NCBI GenBank assembly: GCA_951406725.2
Contig: OX597822.1
Location: forward strand, 23,250,001 to 23,314,000
Source of the DNA: Octopus vulgaris
Lineage: Eukaryota
Direction of reading: 5' to 3'
Length of the DNA stretch: 64,000 nucleotides
In this document: one piece after another, positions 38,560 through 51,378 of the stretch
Numbering within the stretch: position 1 is the first letter of the stretch
Layout: the number at the start of each line of letters is the position of its first letter
Notes under the pieces: model-generated
What the model was told of the DNA's origin: nothing
What the model saw: the letters and a program-made list of their open reading frames with translations, nothing else
The model's database searches: none
Made by a program: the position numbers and the translations under genes

Positions 38560-40580
38560 AACACTCATGGCCTTCAAAAGCCTTCCCAAGCCAATAAGAC
38601 TGATTCTATTAACGTTCCTCTTGAACCCTATCTATGAGAAGTGTAGGAATTCCAGAGGGTTGGAAAAACTGGGCATAGTGTTTAGTGCAGTGTTTAGGGA
38701 GTTGTGCATTAGAATCAGTGTCTTCTCAAGGCATGGGCACAGTGGGTAGTTGCTTAAGAGCCCCATTGATTTAGAGGACCCAGTTTTAATCTATGTATGT
38801 TGTGGTTTCTTTGTCAATGAATACTATAGGGCTCAGTGCACTGACTTTTTTTTTTGGGGGGGGGGTTATAATGCTGTTCAGATGACACTGTGAGAAGGGT
38901 GACAAAGAGGAGGAGGGCATTGTAGGACATGAGCAACTGTGCGGAAGGTGGTATTTGGTCAAGCAACTATGCAGAGCAGAGGCCTTATATAGTAAACAGA
39001 AGAAAAGGCAGTGCGAGGGGACAGAATGCCTGTAGGGCAGGGGATGTCTACTAAATCCACTCACAAAGTGTGGTTGGCCATTATAGAAGACACTTGCTTA
39101 TGGTGTCATGCAGTGGGACTGACCTGGAACCATGTGGTTGGGAAATAAACTACTTAACCACGTAGTACCAGTGTCCAGACCCAACAACTGGTGTGATTTT
39201 GAAGGCTTTAGCTGAGTGTTGCTTGTAACTAAGGGTTGTGTGGTATGATGTCCACTTCATATGAGTAGCAATTTTTTTACTTCTTGCTGTTGAAAGAAAC
39301 AAAAGCAGCATAGCCTTACTGGAGGGCAGTTTCAAGGTTTCTGTTGATGCATGAAGTTTTTGTTTGGTGCCAAGAGCACCATCCGAACGTGATCGTTGCC
39401 AGAGCAGCCAACTGGCTTCCGTACCTGTGGCACATAGAAGGGCACACTTGAGCATGATCGTTACCAACGTTGCTTCACTGGTTCCTGTGCCGGTGGCAGG
39501 TGTAAAAAGATTCAAGCAAAGTCATTGCCAGTACTGCCTGACTGGCTCCCATGCTGGTGACACGTAAAAAGCACCCACTACACTCTCGGAGTAGTTGGCG
39601 TTAGGAAGGGCATCCAGCTGTAGAAACTCTGCCAGATCAAGATTGGAGCCTGGTGCAGCCATCTGGTTCGCCAGCCCTCAGTCAAAATCGTCCAACCCAT
39701 GCTAGCATGGAAAGCAGACGTTAAACGATGATGATGATGCAATATCTTTATCACATGTGGGTAATCGCTAATGCATTACTGGCAAATATTAGAGAAAATT
39801 GAAAGGTAGTGTCATCTGTGCAAGAGTAGATGTTGTATATGGCAGCAAGTAAGTCATTGATGTATAAAAGGAAGAGAGTTGGGGGAAAGGTGAGGGACAA
39901 AACCGAACATTGGGACCATACCATGAGAGATAGAAAACGCTTCCTCATGACATGCAGTAGTAGTGAAATCTAACTGGAAGCTAATGAACTAAAAGATGGG
40001 AGACTGACGATGCCAAAGTCAGGAAATTTCAAAATGAGAGATTAGTATAGCAGACACAGTTGGAAGTGTTGATGCTAGGTAAGACCCTACAAGCAGGCGA
40101 CACTAGAGAGTATGATGTCATTGGATCTGGCTTTACTGAAGTCCTATTGGTAGTCATTAAGGAGAGAGAGAATTGGCAGAATCGTTAGTATGCTGATCCG
40201 AACACTTAATATCACTTCATTTGTCTTTATGTTCTGAGTTCAAATTCGACCAAAGTTGACTTTGCTTTTCATTTTCCATAAGTATCAGTCAAGTCCCAGG
40301 GACAATGTAATCAAATTCTCCCTCCCCTCAAAAATGGTTGGCTCTGCACTGAAATATGAAACCATTAAGGAGAGAAAGAGAGAGAGATTCAAAGTATTGG
40401 AAGTCCTCAATGGCTGTCTCCATTATTAACTCAGAGACATTAGAAGTGAGTGTGACGGAATGATAGCTGTGGGGTTCAGAGAAGTTGCTGTCTTTGGGTG
40501 AGAGGACACTTTGTAGTATGTTTTCAAAAACCATGATAGATCACTGTCAAGAGGGAGAAACTGACCAGTTTGATAAATAT
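38560..40580 (-). mobile_element. Old CR1/L2-like LINE fragments interrupted by younger SINEs
   Basis: Decayed RT motifs PKDSNFSEPHSYHSVTLTS (PKKGDxSxPxNYRPIxLTS-like) and PTLFLLYINDL..TDDTT. A 3'-end-like segment lies at 38560-38800, with a related piece at 24690-24900. Confidence 0.6.
39366..39738 (+). mobile_element. Family C copy
   Basis: Nearly colinear with 5590-5960. Confidence 0.85.
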
Positions 40581-40698
40581 AAGGGCTAGTTTTGGAGGCA
40601 CAATGTTTGAGCATAATAGAAGGGATATTGTATACAACACCCACCCACATAAATGTGTGTGTGTAAGTATGCATATATATATATATATATATATATGT

Positions 40699-41008
40699 GG
40701 CGGCGCAATGGCCCAGTGGTTAGGGCAGAGGACTCGCAGTCGTAGGATCGCAGTTTCGATTCCCAGATCAGGCGTTGTGAGTGTTTATTGAGTGAAAACA
40801 CCTAAAGCTCCACGAAGCTCCGGCAGTGGTGGTGGCGATCCCTGCTGTACTCTTTCGCCACAACTTTCTCTCACTCTTTCTTCTGTTAGCCTGCTCGCTT
40901 AGCCAGCGGGGTGGTGTCATTTGAAGGCTAAAACAATATGAAGCGCATTGTGACCAGCGATGTGTAGCAACATCTGATAGCCTGGTCGGTCACGGTGATC
41001 ATGGTGAT
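40699..41008 (+). mobile_element. tRNA-derived SINE (family E) with an RTE-derived tail
   Basis: A-box TGGCCCAGTGG and B-box-like GTTTCGATTCC. The last 65 nt align with the LINE end at 60192-60260. Confidence 0.85.
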
Positions 41009-41146
41009 ATATCATCATCATCATCGTTTAACGTCTGCTTTCCATGTTAGCACGGGTTGGACGGTTCGACTGGGGTCTGGGAAGCCAGGAGGCTGCACCA
41101 GGCCCAGTCTGATCTGGCAGTGTTTCTACAGCTGGATGCCCTTCCA

Positions 41147-41478
41147 AGGCACATGACTCGGTACTTAGAGCGTTGGGCTCACAATCATGAGGTAGTGAGT
41201 TCAATTCCCAAACTGGATTGGGCTCTATGTTTTGTTTATGAGCAAGTCACTGTATTTCACATTGCTCCAATTACTCAGCTGCAGGAATGAGTTGCAATGT
41301 CACTGGTGCCAAGCTGTACTGGTCTTTGCCTTTCCCTCAAACAACATCAGTGGTGTGAAGAGGGGGGGGGTATACATGAGCGACTGCTGGTCTTCCACAG
41401 AACCTTGCCTGGACTTGTACTCTGTAACAGAACTTTCTAGGTGCAATTCCATGGTAATTTGTGATCAAAGGGAGTGTC
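41147..41478 (+). mobile_element. tRNA-derived SINE family F
   Basis: B-box GAGTTCAATTCC and central gagcaagtcact..ttgctcca..actcagctg. The 3' half recurs at 62612-62812, and related heads occur at 12960-13215 (-) and 13860-14095 (+). Confidence 0.72.
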
Positions 41479-42235
41479 TTTATATCTTGTATGTATGCAA
41501 ATGTGAATGTGTATTCTTGCCTCAATGACACATGATGGTTGTAAACGAATGTCACCATCATGTAAGCAGTGTCTGTCATTTCCAATCTTCAGTGAACACA
41601 TGCCAGGCCATGGAGAAATATTACTTTTCTTGGAAGTGGGGGAAAAGTTGGTGATGGGAAGGGCATCCAACCATAGAAAATCTGCCTCAAGAAATTCCGT
41701 TCAGCCTATGAGAGCACCGAAAAATAGATGTTAAAATGATGTGGATGATACATATATCTGGTTCCAAACACTTTCTCTCTACCAAAAAACTTAGACTTTG
41801 GTTGGTGCCCAGACATATAGTAGAAGATACTTTCCCAAGTTGTCGCAAGATAGGACTGAACCCCGAACCACACAGACAGGAAGCAAGCTTCTTAACCACT
41901 CAGCCACACTGTGTGTGTGTGTATGTGTGTATTTTGTATGCAGGCATGCAAATGAGAATGTATTCCTTGCCTGCATATTGTGCAATGGTTGCAAATGAAT
42001 TTTACCATCAATGTCATTTTTTTTCCCAGTTTGCCATGGAAACATATCTGGTCATGGAGAAATATTACCTTGCATGGGAAAAGATGAGTGTTGGTGACAG
42101 GAAGGCATCCAGCTGAATAAGATCTGCCTCAAAGTATTCCATGTGACCCATTAAAGATGATAAATATATGTGTAACCATATAATATATATATATGTAGTA
42201 TACATACGTTATATGCATATATATGTATATGTATA

Positions 42236-42613
42236 TACTCTTTACTCTTTTACTTGTTTCAGTCATTTGACTGTGGCCATGCTGGAGCACCACCTTTAGT
42301 CGAGCAAATCGACCCCAGGACATATTCTTTGTAAGCCTAGTACTTATTCTATCGGTATCTTTTGCCAAACTGCTAAACACACCACCATCGGTTGTCAAGT
42401 GATGCTGGGGGGACAAACATAGACACACCTACATATATATACATATATACGACAGACTTCTTTCAGTTTCTGTCTACCAAATCCACTCACAAGGCTTTGG
42501 TTGGCCCAAGGCTATAGTAGAAGATACTTGCTCAAGGTCCCACACAGTGGGAATGAACCTGGAACCATGTGGTTGGTAAGCAAGCTACTTACCACACAGC
42601 CACTCCTGCACCT
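42236..42613 (-). mobile_element. SINE-A copy flanked by an about 70-bp direct duplication
   Basis: Full head and tail. Flanks 42165-42237 and 42614-42690 are similar to each other. Confidence 0.88.
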
Positions 42614-42840
42614 ATATATGTAACCATATAATATATATATATATATATGTAGTATACATATGTCATATGCATATATATGTATACGTATATGTATATATAC
42701 ATTATATAGATCTGAATATATTTATGTTGCTCAAATACATATCATTGCCACAAAGATATCTCTCTTAGCTAATTTTCATTTATGCAAATCACTGAGACCA
42801 TGAATGTGTTGTACTCTTCTGTATATGTTCACAGGAGAAA

Positions 42841-42908
42841 AGATAGGACAACTGCTGCACTGATGATGCCTAATAAGGCAGAAACACATGCTTACAGTTG
42901 TCTTATCT
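42841..42908 (+). ncRNA. Type-I hammerhead-like motif, probably inactivated
   Basis: CTGATGA (42860-42866), stem II TGCC/GGCA, GAAAC (42881-42885), and a long bulged stem I (agataggacaa..ctg / cagttgtcttatct). The cleavage triplet reads GCT rather than NUH. Confidence 0.62.
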
Positions 42909-45141
42909 ATAGACCATCTATCACACAGTCTTTTCTTTAATGGCACATCAAATTTTGGAGAATTCTTGATCTTTGAGATTATCTCCCTTTCTTACTTAGG
43001 TCTCAAATACCACAAAGTGATTGGTCATTCTCTCTAGAACTCTAGAAGCAAAGATAATTTTTTAAAAATCAAAAATCTATCTTCTATGATAATATACCTT
43101 TCTTCATCTTTATTACATGCCTTATATACTGATAAATTTCTTATATATATAAATATTTGTTTTTACATCTGCTTTTCCATGTTGGCATGGATGAAATGAA
43201 TACATTATCAAAGCATTTTTTTTTATTTACCGCCACATGATCTTCCTTTCCTTATCACTAACCTTCACCCATTTCCAGCAAGGTAATATTTCCCCAAAGC
43301 CAGACACAAAATGTCAAGGCAAATTTAGCTTCCGTCTATCAAATATATCCATTCACAAGGTTTTGGTCAGCGAAGGGTTATAGTAGAAGACACTTGCACA
43401 AGGTGCTGTCCTGTGGGTCTGAATCTAAAACTATATGGTTGAGCAGCGAAGTCCTTACCATACAGTCATATCTGGACCTCTTAAATATGTGTATGTGAAT
43501 CATATTACACATATACTTTTAAATATACATAATATATACAGCATTATATATTGCATATACATACATAGACCAAATGTATGTGTCTGTGTATCCTTTATAT
43601 AATACATATGTGGATATACACAACATACAAGTATATCAAATATATATGTAATATATACTTAATATATACATCATACATATATACACACACAAGTATATAC
43701 ATACACCCACACACATATACATACACACACATACATACATGCACATATATACATACACACATACATACATGCACATATATACACATGCATATATACACAC
43801 ACACAAATACACATTTTATACACACACACACACACACACTAGACTGAAGAAAATGATTTTTGTGTGTTCTCTGAATAAGACAAATATAAATTAAAAGGTT
43901 CAGAAAAAAATAATAGGAACTTGTGTTGATACTTTTTTTTGAAAAACCCTATTGTCATTGTCCATCCATCCCCGAAGGTCGTACCTTGAGCCGACAAGGC
44001 AGCAATAACGTCCTGGCCCTACAGGGTTCCGAGTTCAATCCGAGCCGAAAGCGAGAGCTCTCCAGGCGTTCAGTTTCAACGAGAAACTAAAAACATCAGT
44101 GATATTACAGTGATCAATTCTCGATTCAATCGACTTCAGTACACCTCCCTGACAAGTGTGTGGCCTTGTACCAAAGTGAGAAATCAATATTTATCATTTA
44201 CACAATATATCACTGTAAAGCAACCAGTTAGACACACACACAGAACCAGTAGTCTTAACGAGAGAACTTGCTAACAGTGAGCTTGCATATATAGGTTGTT
44301 TATTTTTGCAGTTCTCCATCTGCATACATATCGAATATACATACACAAACAGACGCACATCATGTTTGCATACACCCATAATGAATAAGTATCTAACACA
44401 TATATCTATTTAATTAATTACCTCTACTCAAAAGCACATAATATACACACCCAAAAGATAAAGTGCATTATCCCAGTGTATGTGTGTGTGTATATATATA
44501 AATTTAATGAACAATACATGGATTTATATATTATTTTTGCATAATGTTGGCTGCTAAAGAGACGCCAGCCTATGGCTATCAACTGGTGAAATAAATATAT
44601 TCAACTCATTCATACCTCCTGACTTACTTTCTCATCTATAAACACGCACGCACGGACGTATGCATGTATGTATAGGTGCACCCGTTAACACATCCATATT
44701 AACATACATTAAATATGACAGATATTAAAAATATACACACAAAGTTCACACGACTGACAACTTTGTAGAAGTGCGTGTACATATACACCCACACATACAG
44801 ATATATGTGTGTAATATATATATATATATATACACACGCGTGCGCGCATATACACACAAGACCATATTCATACGTATACATATAAATAAGGGCATAACAC
44901 ACACACATAAGACCACAAAACACAGGCACATAAATATGCACACAGTTGTTTGAGTGGCCTGCAATATATTTTTGATGTTTTCTTGGTAGATAGGTATTTT
45001 ACCGAGGCAAGAATTTGCAATCAGAACTTCACTTCAATAATGGACTGAATTGGATGGAACTAAGCAAAACAGCAGAAGATTCGAGCATTTTGAGTTTGAG
45101 AAGAAAAAAAAATAATATAGCACCAACATTAAATGACACTA

Positions 45142-45188
<47 letters not shown>

Positions 45189-47132
45189 TACGTACACGAA
45201 GACCAGGGCCAAATAGATCTTGCTGAACTACATATACATATATTAATTGCAGATATGTCTAAGGTTGAATGCATAGAATTAAAAACATGACCAGAATTAA
45301 GAGAGATAACAGAGCGCAATGTCACGGGAATGTAGATAGAATAGACTTTGTGGGAAGAAGAATAGTTCCTTTACGGATCTGATACCATTTTTGGTACAGA
45401 ACACATGAGAAGATAAGAGATATATCATCTAAGATTTTAAAAAAATATTATTTATTTATTGTAAACCTGACATAAATAATGTGCTGCTACTGTGTTTTTT
45501 TTTTTGTTTCTAATTCTATATTTTAATTTATTTTTATTTTATATGGAGTATTTGTTTAGCTGAAATTAAGGACAATTCATTAAAGTAGGTAAGGTAAAGC
45601 ATAGATCACACAAGAGGGTTTGTGAAAAAAAGCAGGTTTTACATATAGGTGTGTGTGTGTCTTTGTACGTGAGCGTGTGTAATATGTATGGGGTGGGGTG
45701 CCGATGTTTATGTTTGTATGTAAATATATAGAAATATAATTGAAAGAAAACAATTATATAGGTTTAAGAAATTTCTTCAAATTAATTTTATGGATAAAAT
45801 AATATATGAAATCATCTGTTCCGTATATATTATGCAAGTGTTTAACATACACAATACACTTTACAGAGAGAGGGAAAAGGGGTATTTTCTTTCCTCTCTT
45901 TAAGTCCCTAAGTCAACCCCAATCGAGTTAGACTTATTACCAAAAGGTATTTCTTCTTTTTCAAGTTATTGGTCAGCGTAGTTTGAGAGAGAGAGAAAGA
46001 GAGGGAGAGATTTGGCTGCTTATTTCAGTAGGTCTGCTCTATCATGTAGAAATATGCGTGTGTGTGTGTGTTTATCCTCTCCTTATACTCTAGAAACGAA
46101 AGACAGGAGACCTTTGCCTTTAGAGTGTGTCTGTCTGTCATGTCAACAAAGACTGAACTAGTAACAGTGTAATAATATAATAATGAATATTTCACACCCA
46201 ACAAACTGGGAGACCCTGCTATAGCAACGTGTCAAATTCCAGTTGAAGGGCCGTGTCATAAAAGCGAGATATTAAGTGTTTGACTATATCTTAAAAGTCA
46301 GTGCTTTAAAGAAATTGACAAATAAATAATAATAAAAAAAAAACCATAGGTCAAGAATGATCGAGCAAGACCTATGATCAAAGCCGTTCCACCCACGACT
46401 TCACGTCTTTCAATCAGTCAAACAGCGCGTCTCAAGGTACCACTATCAGAGGTGTCCTATATTTTTGGGGTTAAAGACAGTAAGGGTGCGATTTGAGAGA
46501 GATTTGGCTGTAGGTCGAGACAACGGAGAGAGAGAGAGAGAGCACCCCTAGTTATCATGGTGCTAGAAAGTACTAAACGGATAGTGAGGGGGTAGCCAGA
46601 TGGATGGATTGATGTTAGAGGTAGATAAACTGAGCGAGTGGATGCTAGGTAGATAGACAGAAAAACGGGCAGGGTTCGAAGAGAAGGTGCTAGATAGAAA
46701 TCTAGATAAAGTGTGTGTGTATTTTATTTGTATATATATGCAGAAAGCGGGAAGGGAAGACAGAAAAGAGAAAGCTGATTAAATAGAGTGAACGTTAGAG
46801 ATAGCTGACGGGAAAGGGTACTATTATAGAATAAGGGGTACCTATATAATAGTAGTAATAAAGAAAATGAATATGACTATAGTTACGAAGAGATAGAGGA
46901 CTAAACGGGGCGAGAAAACAATATAGCAGCTAGCTCAATAGACTGAATGCTTAATAGAGACAGTGAAAGTAAGGGGTCCTATTATATTATAGAAGGGGTA
47001 CTATTATCTATACTATAATAGAAATGAAGGGAATGACTGTATGTATAGTTATGAAGAGATAAGAGAGTTAAATAAGAAGAGAGAGAGAGAGAGAGCTGTA
47101 AGAAAGTATTGAAAAGAAAAGGACAGGGTGTA

Positions 47133-47170
<38 letters not shown>

Positions 47171-47499
47171 CACATTCGAGGAAGTGTGTGTAACAGAAAT
47201 AGTAAATAGACAAATAGAATAGAGGAGGGTAAGGGATAGAGATAAACAAGGGAGAAAGAAGAAAAAGTGAGAAGGAGATACAGTGAAGAAGAAGAGTAGA
47301 AAACGAACAAACAAGGATATCAAGAAGATATAGAGAAGCAAAGGATAAAGGGCTGAAATACTTTGGTCCCCTTACTTTTGTTTCAAACCGAAAAATAAAT
47401 ATAAACAGGGAAACATATATTTTGAATGGTAAATAAACCTTATAGGAGGATTAGATCGATAAAACGTGCCATTTGTAGTGGTGGACCTTTGATGAAGGA

Positions 47500-47873
47500 A
47501 AGATATACATACACACATATTTACACATAGACACACATAATTTATATATACATATATTTACATGCATTCTTTTTTATAGATACGCGTCCATATATATAAA
47601 TATATATATATACGCATTTTTATAGATACACACGCATTTTTTATGTGTATATATACACACGTATTTATATATACATACATAAACACGTGTGTATATATAC
47701 ACATGCATTTATACACACGCACTAATTGTTAATATATACATGTATATACACACGCATTAATATATACAAGTATATACACACACACATATATATATGTATA
47801 TATATATATATATATACAAAGGCATTTATATACACACGCATTTATACAAACACACACACACATATATACACAA

Positions 47874-47922
<49 letters not shown>

Positions 47923-47923
47923 A

Positions 47924-47979
<56 letters not shown>

Positions 47980-48400
47980 GGGTACTGCTAGTACCTATAT
48001 ACGTACGCAATTATATGTACAAAGGCATTTATATACACACGCATTTATACACAAACACACATATATATATACACACACGCACACATTGAGAAAGAAAGGC
48101 TATATATTTGGGACTGAAATAAAATGAGTATTCGAAATTATAATATGTATACCACTCCAGCACCTTTCGTGTATATATACGTATAAGCATGTAGATAGAT
48201 ATATACCACTTTAACACTTCTCATATACGTAGATTATGAACACGCATAAACATACACTCTCTCTCTCTCTCTCGCACACATTTATATATATATATAAGCA
48301 TAAATACACATACATACAAGCATGAATACATAAACACACATATATATTTATATATATATATATATACACATATACACCAACACGCATAACGTACACACAC
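47500..48400. repeat. TA/CA low-complexity block at the start of the MTSS intron
   Basis: Seen directly. Confidence 0.85.
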
Positions 48401-48519
48401 GCACATGTATGCTTGTTTATGTTGAGAGGGGGGAGGGGGGAGATGTTGGTTGTGAAAAAGGGAAGCGAAAAGAAAAATAAATATATATTAATATATAAAT
48501 ATAAATATGATTTACTTAC

Positions 48520-48591
48520 TCTCATGTCGTTTATGATGGCTTGAAACAAGCCTCCCAGAGCACTGCAATCTTTTTCTAACTTTGAATCCAT
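48520..48591 (-). CDS. MTSS1: First coding exon of a Missing-in-metastasis (MTSS1/MTSS2-like, IMD/I-BAR domain) gene
   Basis: Translates MDSKLEKDCSALGGLFQAIINDMR, matching the recalled MTSS1 N-terminus (MEAVIEKECSALGGLFQTIISDMK). The 72 nt end in phase 0 at a perfect GTAAGT donor (48519-48514). Similarity stops at the donor. Confidence 0.93.
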
Positions 48592-48811
48592 TTTTGTTTT
48601 GTGGTGATGAACGATCGCAGGAGAGACGACAAAGCAAAATTTAATAATATTATTTCACGGCTAAAAAGGAGTGAGTAGAAATTTTTTTTTCTTTCTTTTT
48701 CCTTTTCTTTTTTTTTTTTTTTTTTTTTGAATGCAAGCAAGATGGATTAGCAAGAGAAAGATATAGAAATAAAGAGAAATAGAGAGGGAGAGTGAGTGAG
48801 AGAGTGAGTGA

Positions 48812-48831
48812 GTGACTGATTGACTGACTGA
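48812..48831 (-). promoter_or_regulatory. Candidate core promoter: three TCAGTC initiator-like motifs among GA repeats, about 230 bp upstream of the MTSS ATG
   Basis: Minus strand reads TCAGTCAGTCAATCAGTC, flanked by GA/CT repeats. Alternatively the exon begins at a minus-strand acceptor (ttcgtttctctttcAG at 48983-48982). Confidence 0.35.
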
Positions 48832-49499
48832 GTGAGAGAGAGAGGAGAGGGGCTGTTTGTGTGTGTATATATATATATGTGTAGATCTATATATCTATAT
48901 ATATATATATATAATTGTGTTTGTATATGTGTGTGTATACGCGCGTGCGTGTTTTTTTTTCCCTTCTTTCTTTCTTTCTATCTGAAAGAGAAACGAAGGT
49001 AGGCTTGTATTGAAGGAAATTATTGGAGGGTGGACTTTGAAGGAAAATTTAAAAATAAAGCAGAAATTCTCCTTTTTTTTTTTAAATTTAAATTTAAAAA
49101 AAATATGGCACAAACAGGTATATATATCAATAAAGTTATCCCAGGGCTTAAACATATATGTATATATATATATTTTATTATATTATATATACATAAGTTT
49201 GTTATTATATTTTTCGTTTTTTTTTTCTTCTTTTTGTGTTGTTTTCCTTCTTTATAGTAAATGTAATTTCTTCTCTTCTCTTCCTCAAGGTGGTGTCATC
49301 ATCATCGCCAAGAGAATTTTGGCTGCTGAAAGCTTGTTGTCGACATGTAGCCGCTGCCACTACTAGCAGTGGATGCTAGTACTACAACTAAGGCTGATGG
49401 GATCGCTAGTGCTACGGCTACCACTACTACTACTGATAATAATACTATTGATACTACTACTGCAGCCGTTTATTATTATTACTGTGGCTTATACACTTC

Positions 49500-49940
49500 T
49501 ACTCAAGCTTTCTCTTTCTCTCTCTCTGTTCCACTCTTACTTTATCTCTATTTCCTCCCACTCACACACTATCTTTCTCCTACTCATACATTCTTTCTAT
49601 CTCTCTTACCCTCACTCTCTCTCTTTCTCCTAGCCTCACTTTATCCTCTGTCTTTCCTCCACTCACACTCTCTCTACTTTTCCCACTCACACGTTCTCTC
49701 TCTTTCCGATTCACACTCTATCTTCCTCTTATTCTCTCTCTATCTTTCCACCACTCACACAATCTCTGTCTTTCTCCCACTCTCACTCTCTCTCTATCGT
49801 TCTCCCATTCACTTTCACCTTCTTTCTCCCACTCTCTCATTCCCTTTCTGTCTTTCTTACACTCACATTCTATCTATTTATCTTTCTCCTACTCACAAAC
49901 ACACCCCCTCTCTCTATTTTCTTCCTTTCTCTAACTCCCT
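49500..49940. repeat. Polypyrimidine CT-rich tract upstream of the MTSS exon
   Basis: Seen directly. It accounts for the S/L-rich ORF 49369-50097. Confidence 0.85.
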
Positions 49941-50354
49941 CCCAACAACAACTACTACTATCATTCTTACTACTATTACCGCCACCATTTTCGGCTGCTA
50001 CCACAACAACAGAACACTACTCCCACTACAACTACTATTCCTTCTGTCATTACTGATACTGCTGCTGCTGCTGTTGTGGTTTCTTCCATTTTGTTGAGTG
50101 CTGTCTTTCCGACTATCAAACCCAGCAGTCAGTCAGCCGTTAGTCTCCTCTACGGCTGCATGTCGTTCTTGTTCTATCTAACTGTTGCCAGATAATTTTG
50201 GAGGTCGAAGGAGAAAAGATAGCGAGAGAGAGAAACCGAGAGTATTTCTGATCTGATCTGGTCTTGTCTGTGTCGGCACGAATCAATTGTGGAAACTATG
50301 TATATATATACGCACACATATACACATCTATATATACACGTGTATATATATATT

Positions 50355-50725
50355 TACTCTTACACTTGTTTCAGTCATTTGACTGTGGCCATGCTGGAGC
50401 ACCGCCTTAAGTCGAGCAAATCGACCCCAGGACTTATTCTTTGTAAGCCTAGTATTTATTCTATCGGTATCTTTTGCCGAACCACTAAGTTACGGGAACG
50501 TAAACACACCAGCATCAGTTGTCAAGCGATGTTGGGGGGACAAACACAGACACACAAACATATACATACATATATACGACGGGCTACTTTCAGTTTCCGT
50601 CTACCAAATCCACTCCCAAGGCTTTGGTCGGCCCGAGGCTATAGTAGAAGATACTTGCCCAAGGTGCCACACAGTGGGACTGAACCCGGAACCATGTGGT
50701 TCGTAAGCAAGCTACTTAACTCAGC
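50355..50725 (-). mobile_element. SINE-A copy
   Basis: Near-consensus, CpG-retaining copy. It is head-to-head with a split plus-strand copy (50815-50970 and 51390-51600). Confidence 0.88.
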
Positions 50726-51036
50726 CATATATATATATATACTGCCTTCGTCTTTTGTTTATTTTCGTAAAGCTTCCTGTTATATACATATATATATATG
50801 TATGTATAATATCGGTACAGGAGTGGCTGTGTGGTAAAAAGCTTGCTTCCTAACCGTGATTCCGGGTTCAGTCTTACTGAGTGACACCGTGGGCAAGTGT
50901 CCTCTATAGCTTCGGGCCGACCGAAGCCTTGTGAGTGGATTTGGTAGACGGAAACTGAAAGAAGCCCGTAGTTCTATTAAGTCAGACATGGCTTGGTCCT
51001 ATACTGGCCGAAACCTACCACAGTTATATATAAATA

Positions 51037-51378
51037 CTAGCAGTATTGCCCGGCGTTGCTCGGGTTTGTAAGGGAAATAACTATATAAGCATTTTTAGAG
51101 AGTTATAGCAAAAAAATGCATTAAAAATGGAATAAAAAATGATAATTTTTTTTTTAAATCGTTGACTCAGTGTCTTCAAGCCATGAAGTCGTTGTTCTAA
51201 AAGAACGCTGGTTTCCTTAACAACGCATTACGACGTTGATTTCTTTACACTCCCTTCCCCACAGCTTTCACGACTATAAGATACCCGAATTTGGTTAAAC
51301 TGCACCGCAAAATGTGGGAGGAGTTAGGAATCTAAATCGAAGGGGACAGACACGCACACAACTAGAGTTTTATATATA
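51037..51378 (-). mobile_element. Non-autonomous Helitron inserted in a SINE
   Basis: Same 3' end (CCCGAGCAACGCCGGGcaatactgCTAG) as 1980-2297 but a different interior. It separates the two halves of a SINE-A copy. Confidence 0.75.

Noticed and set aside
40699-40775. tRNA gene
   Set aside because: It is a SINE head: the acceptor stem is incomplete and it continues into the SINE body.
44628-44635. Possible 8-nt micro-exon (tag|ATGAGAAA|gtaagt) on the minus strand
   Set aside because: It has a weak pyrimidine tract, would shift the frame, and is expected by chance.
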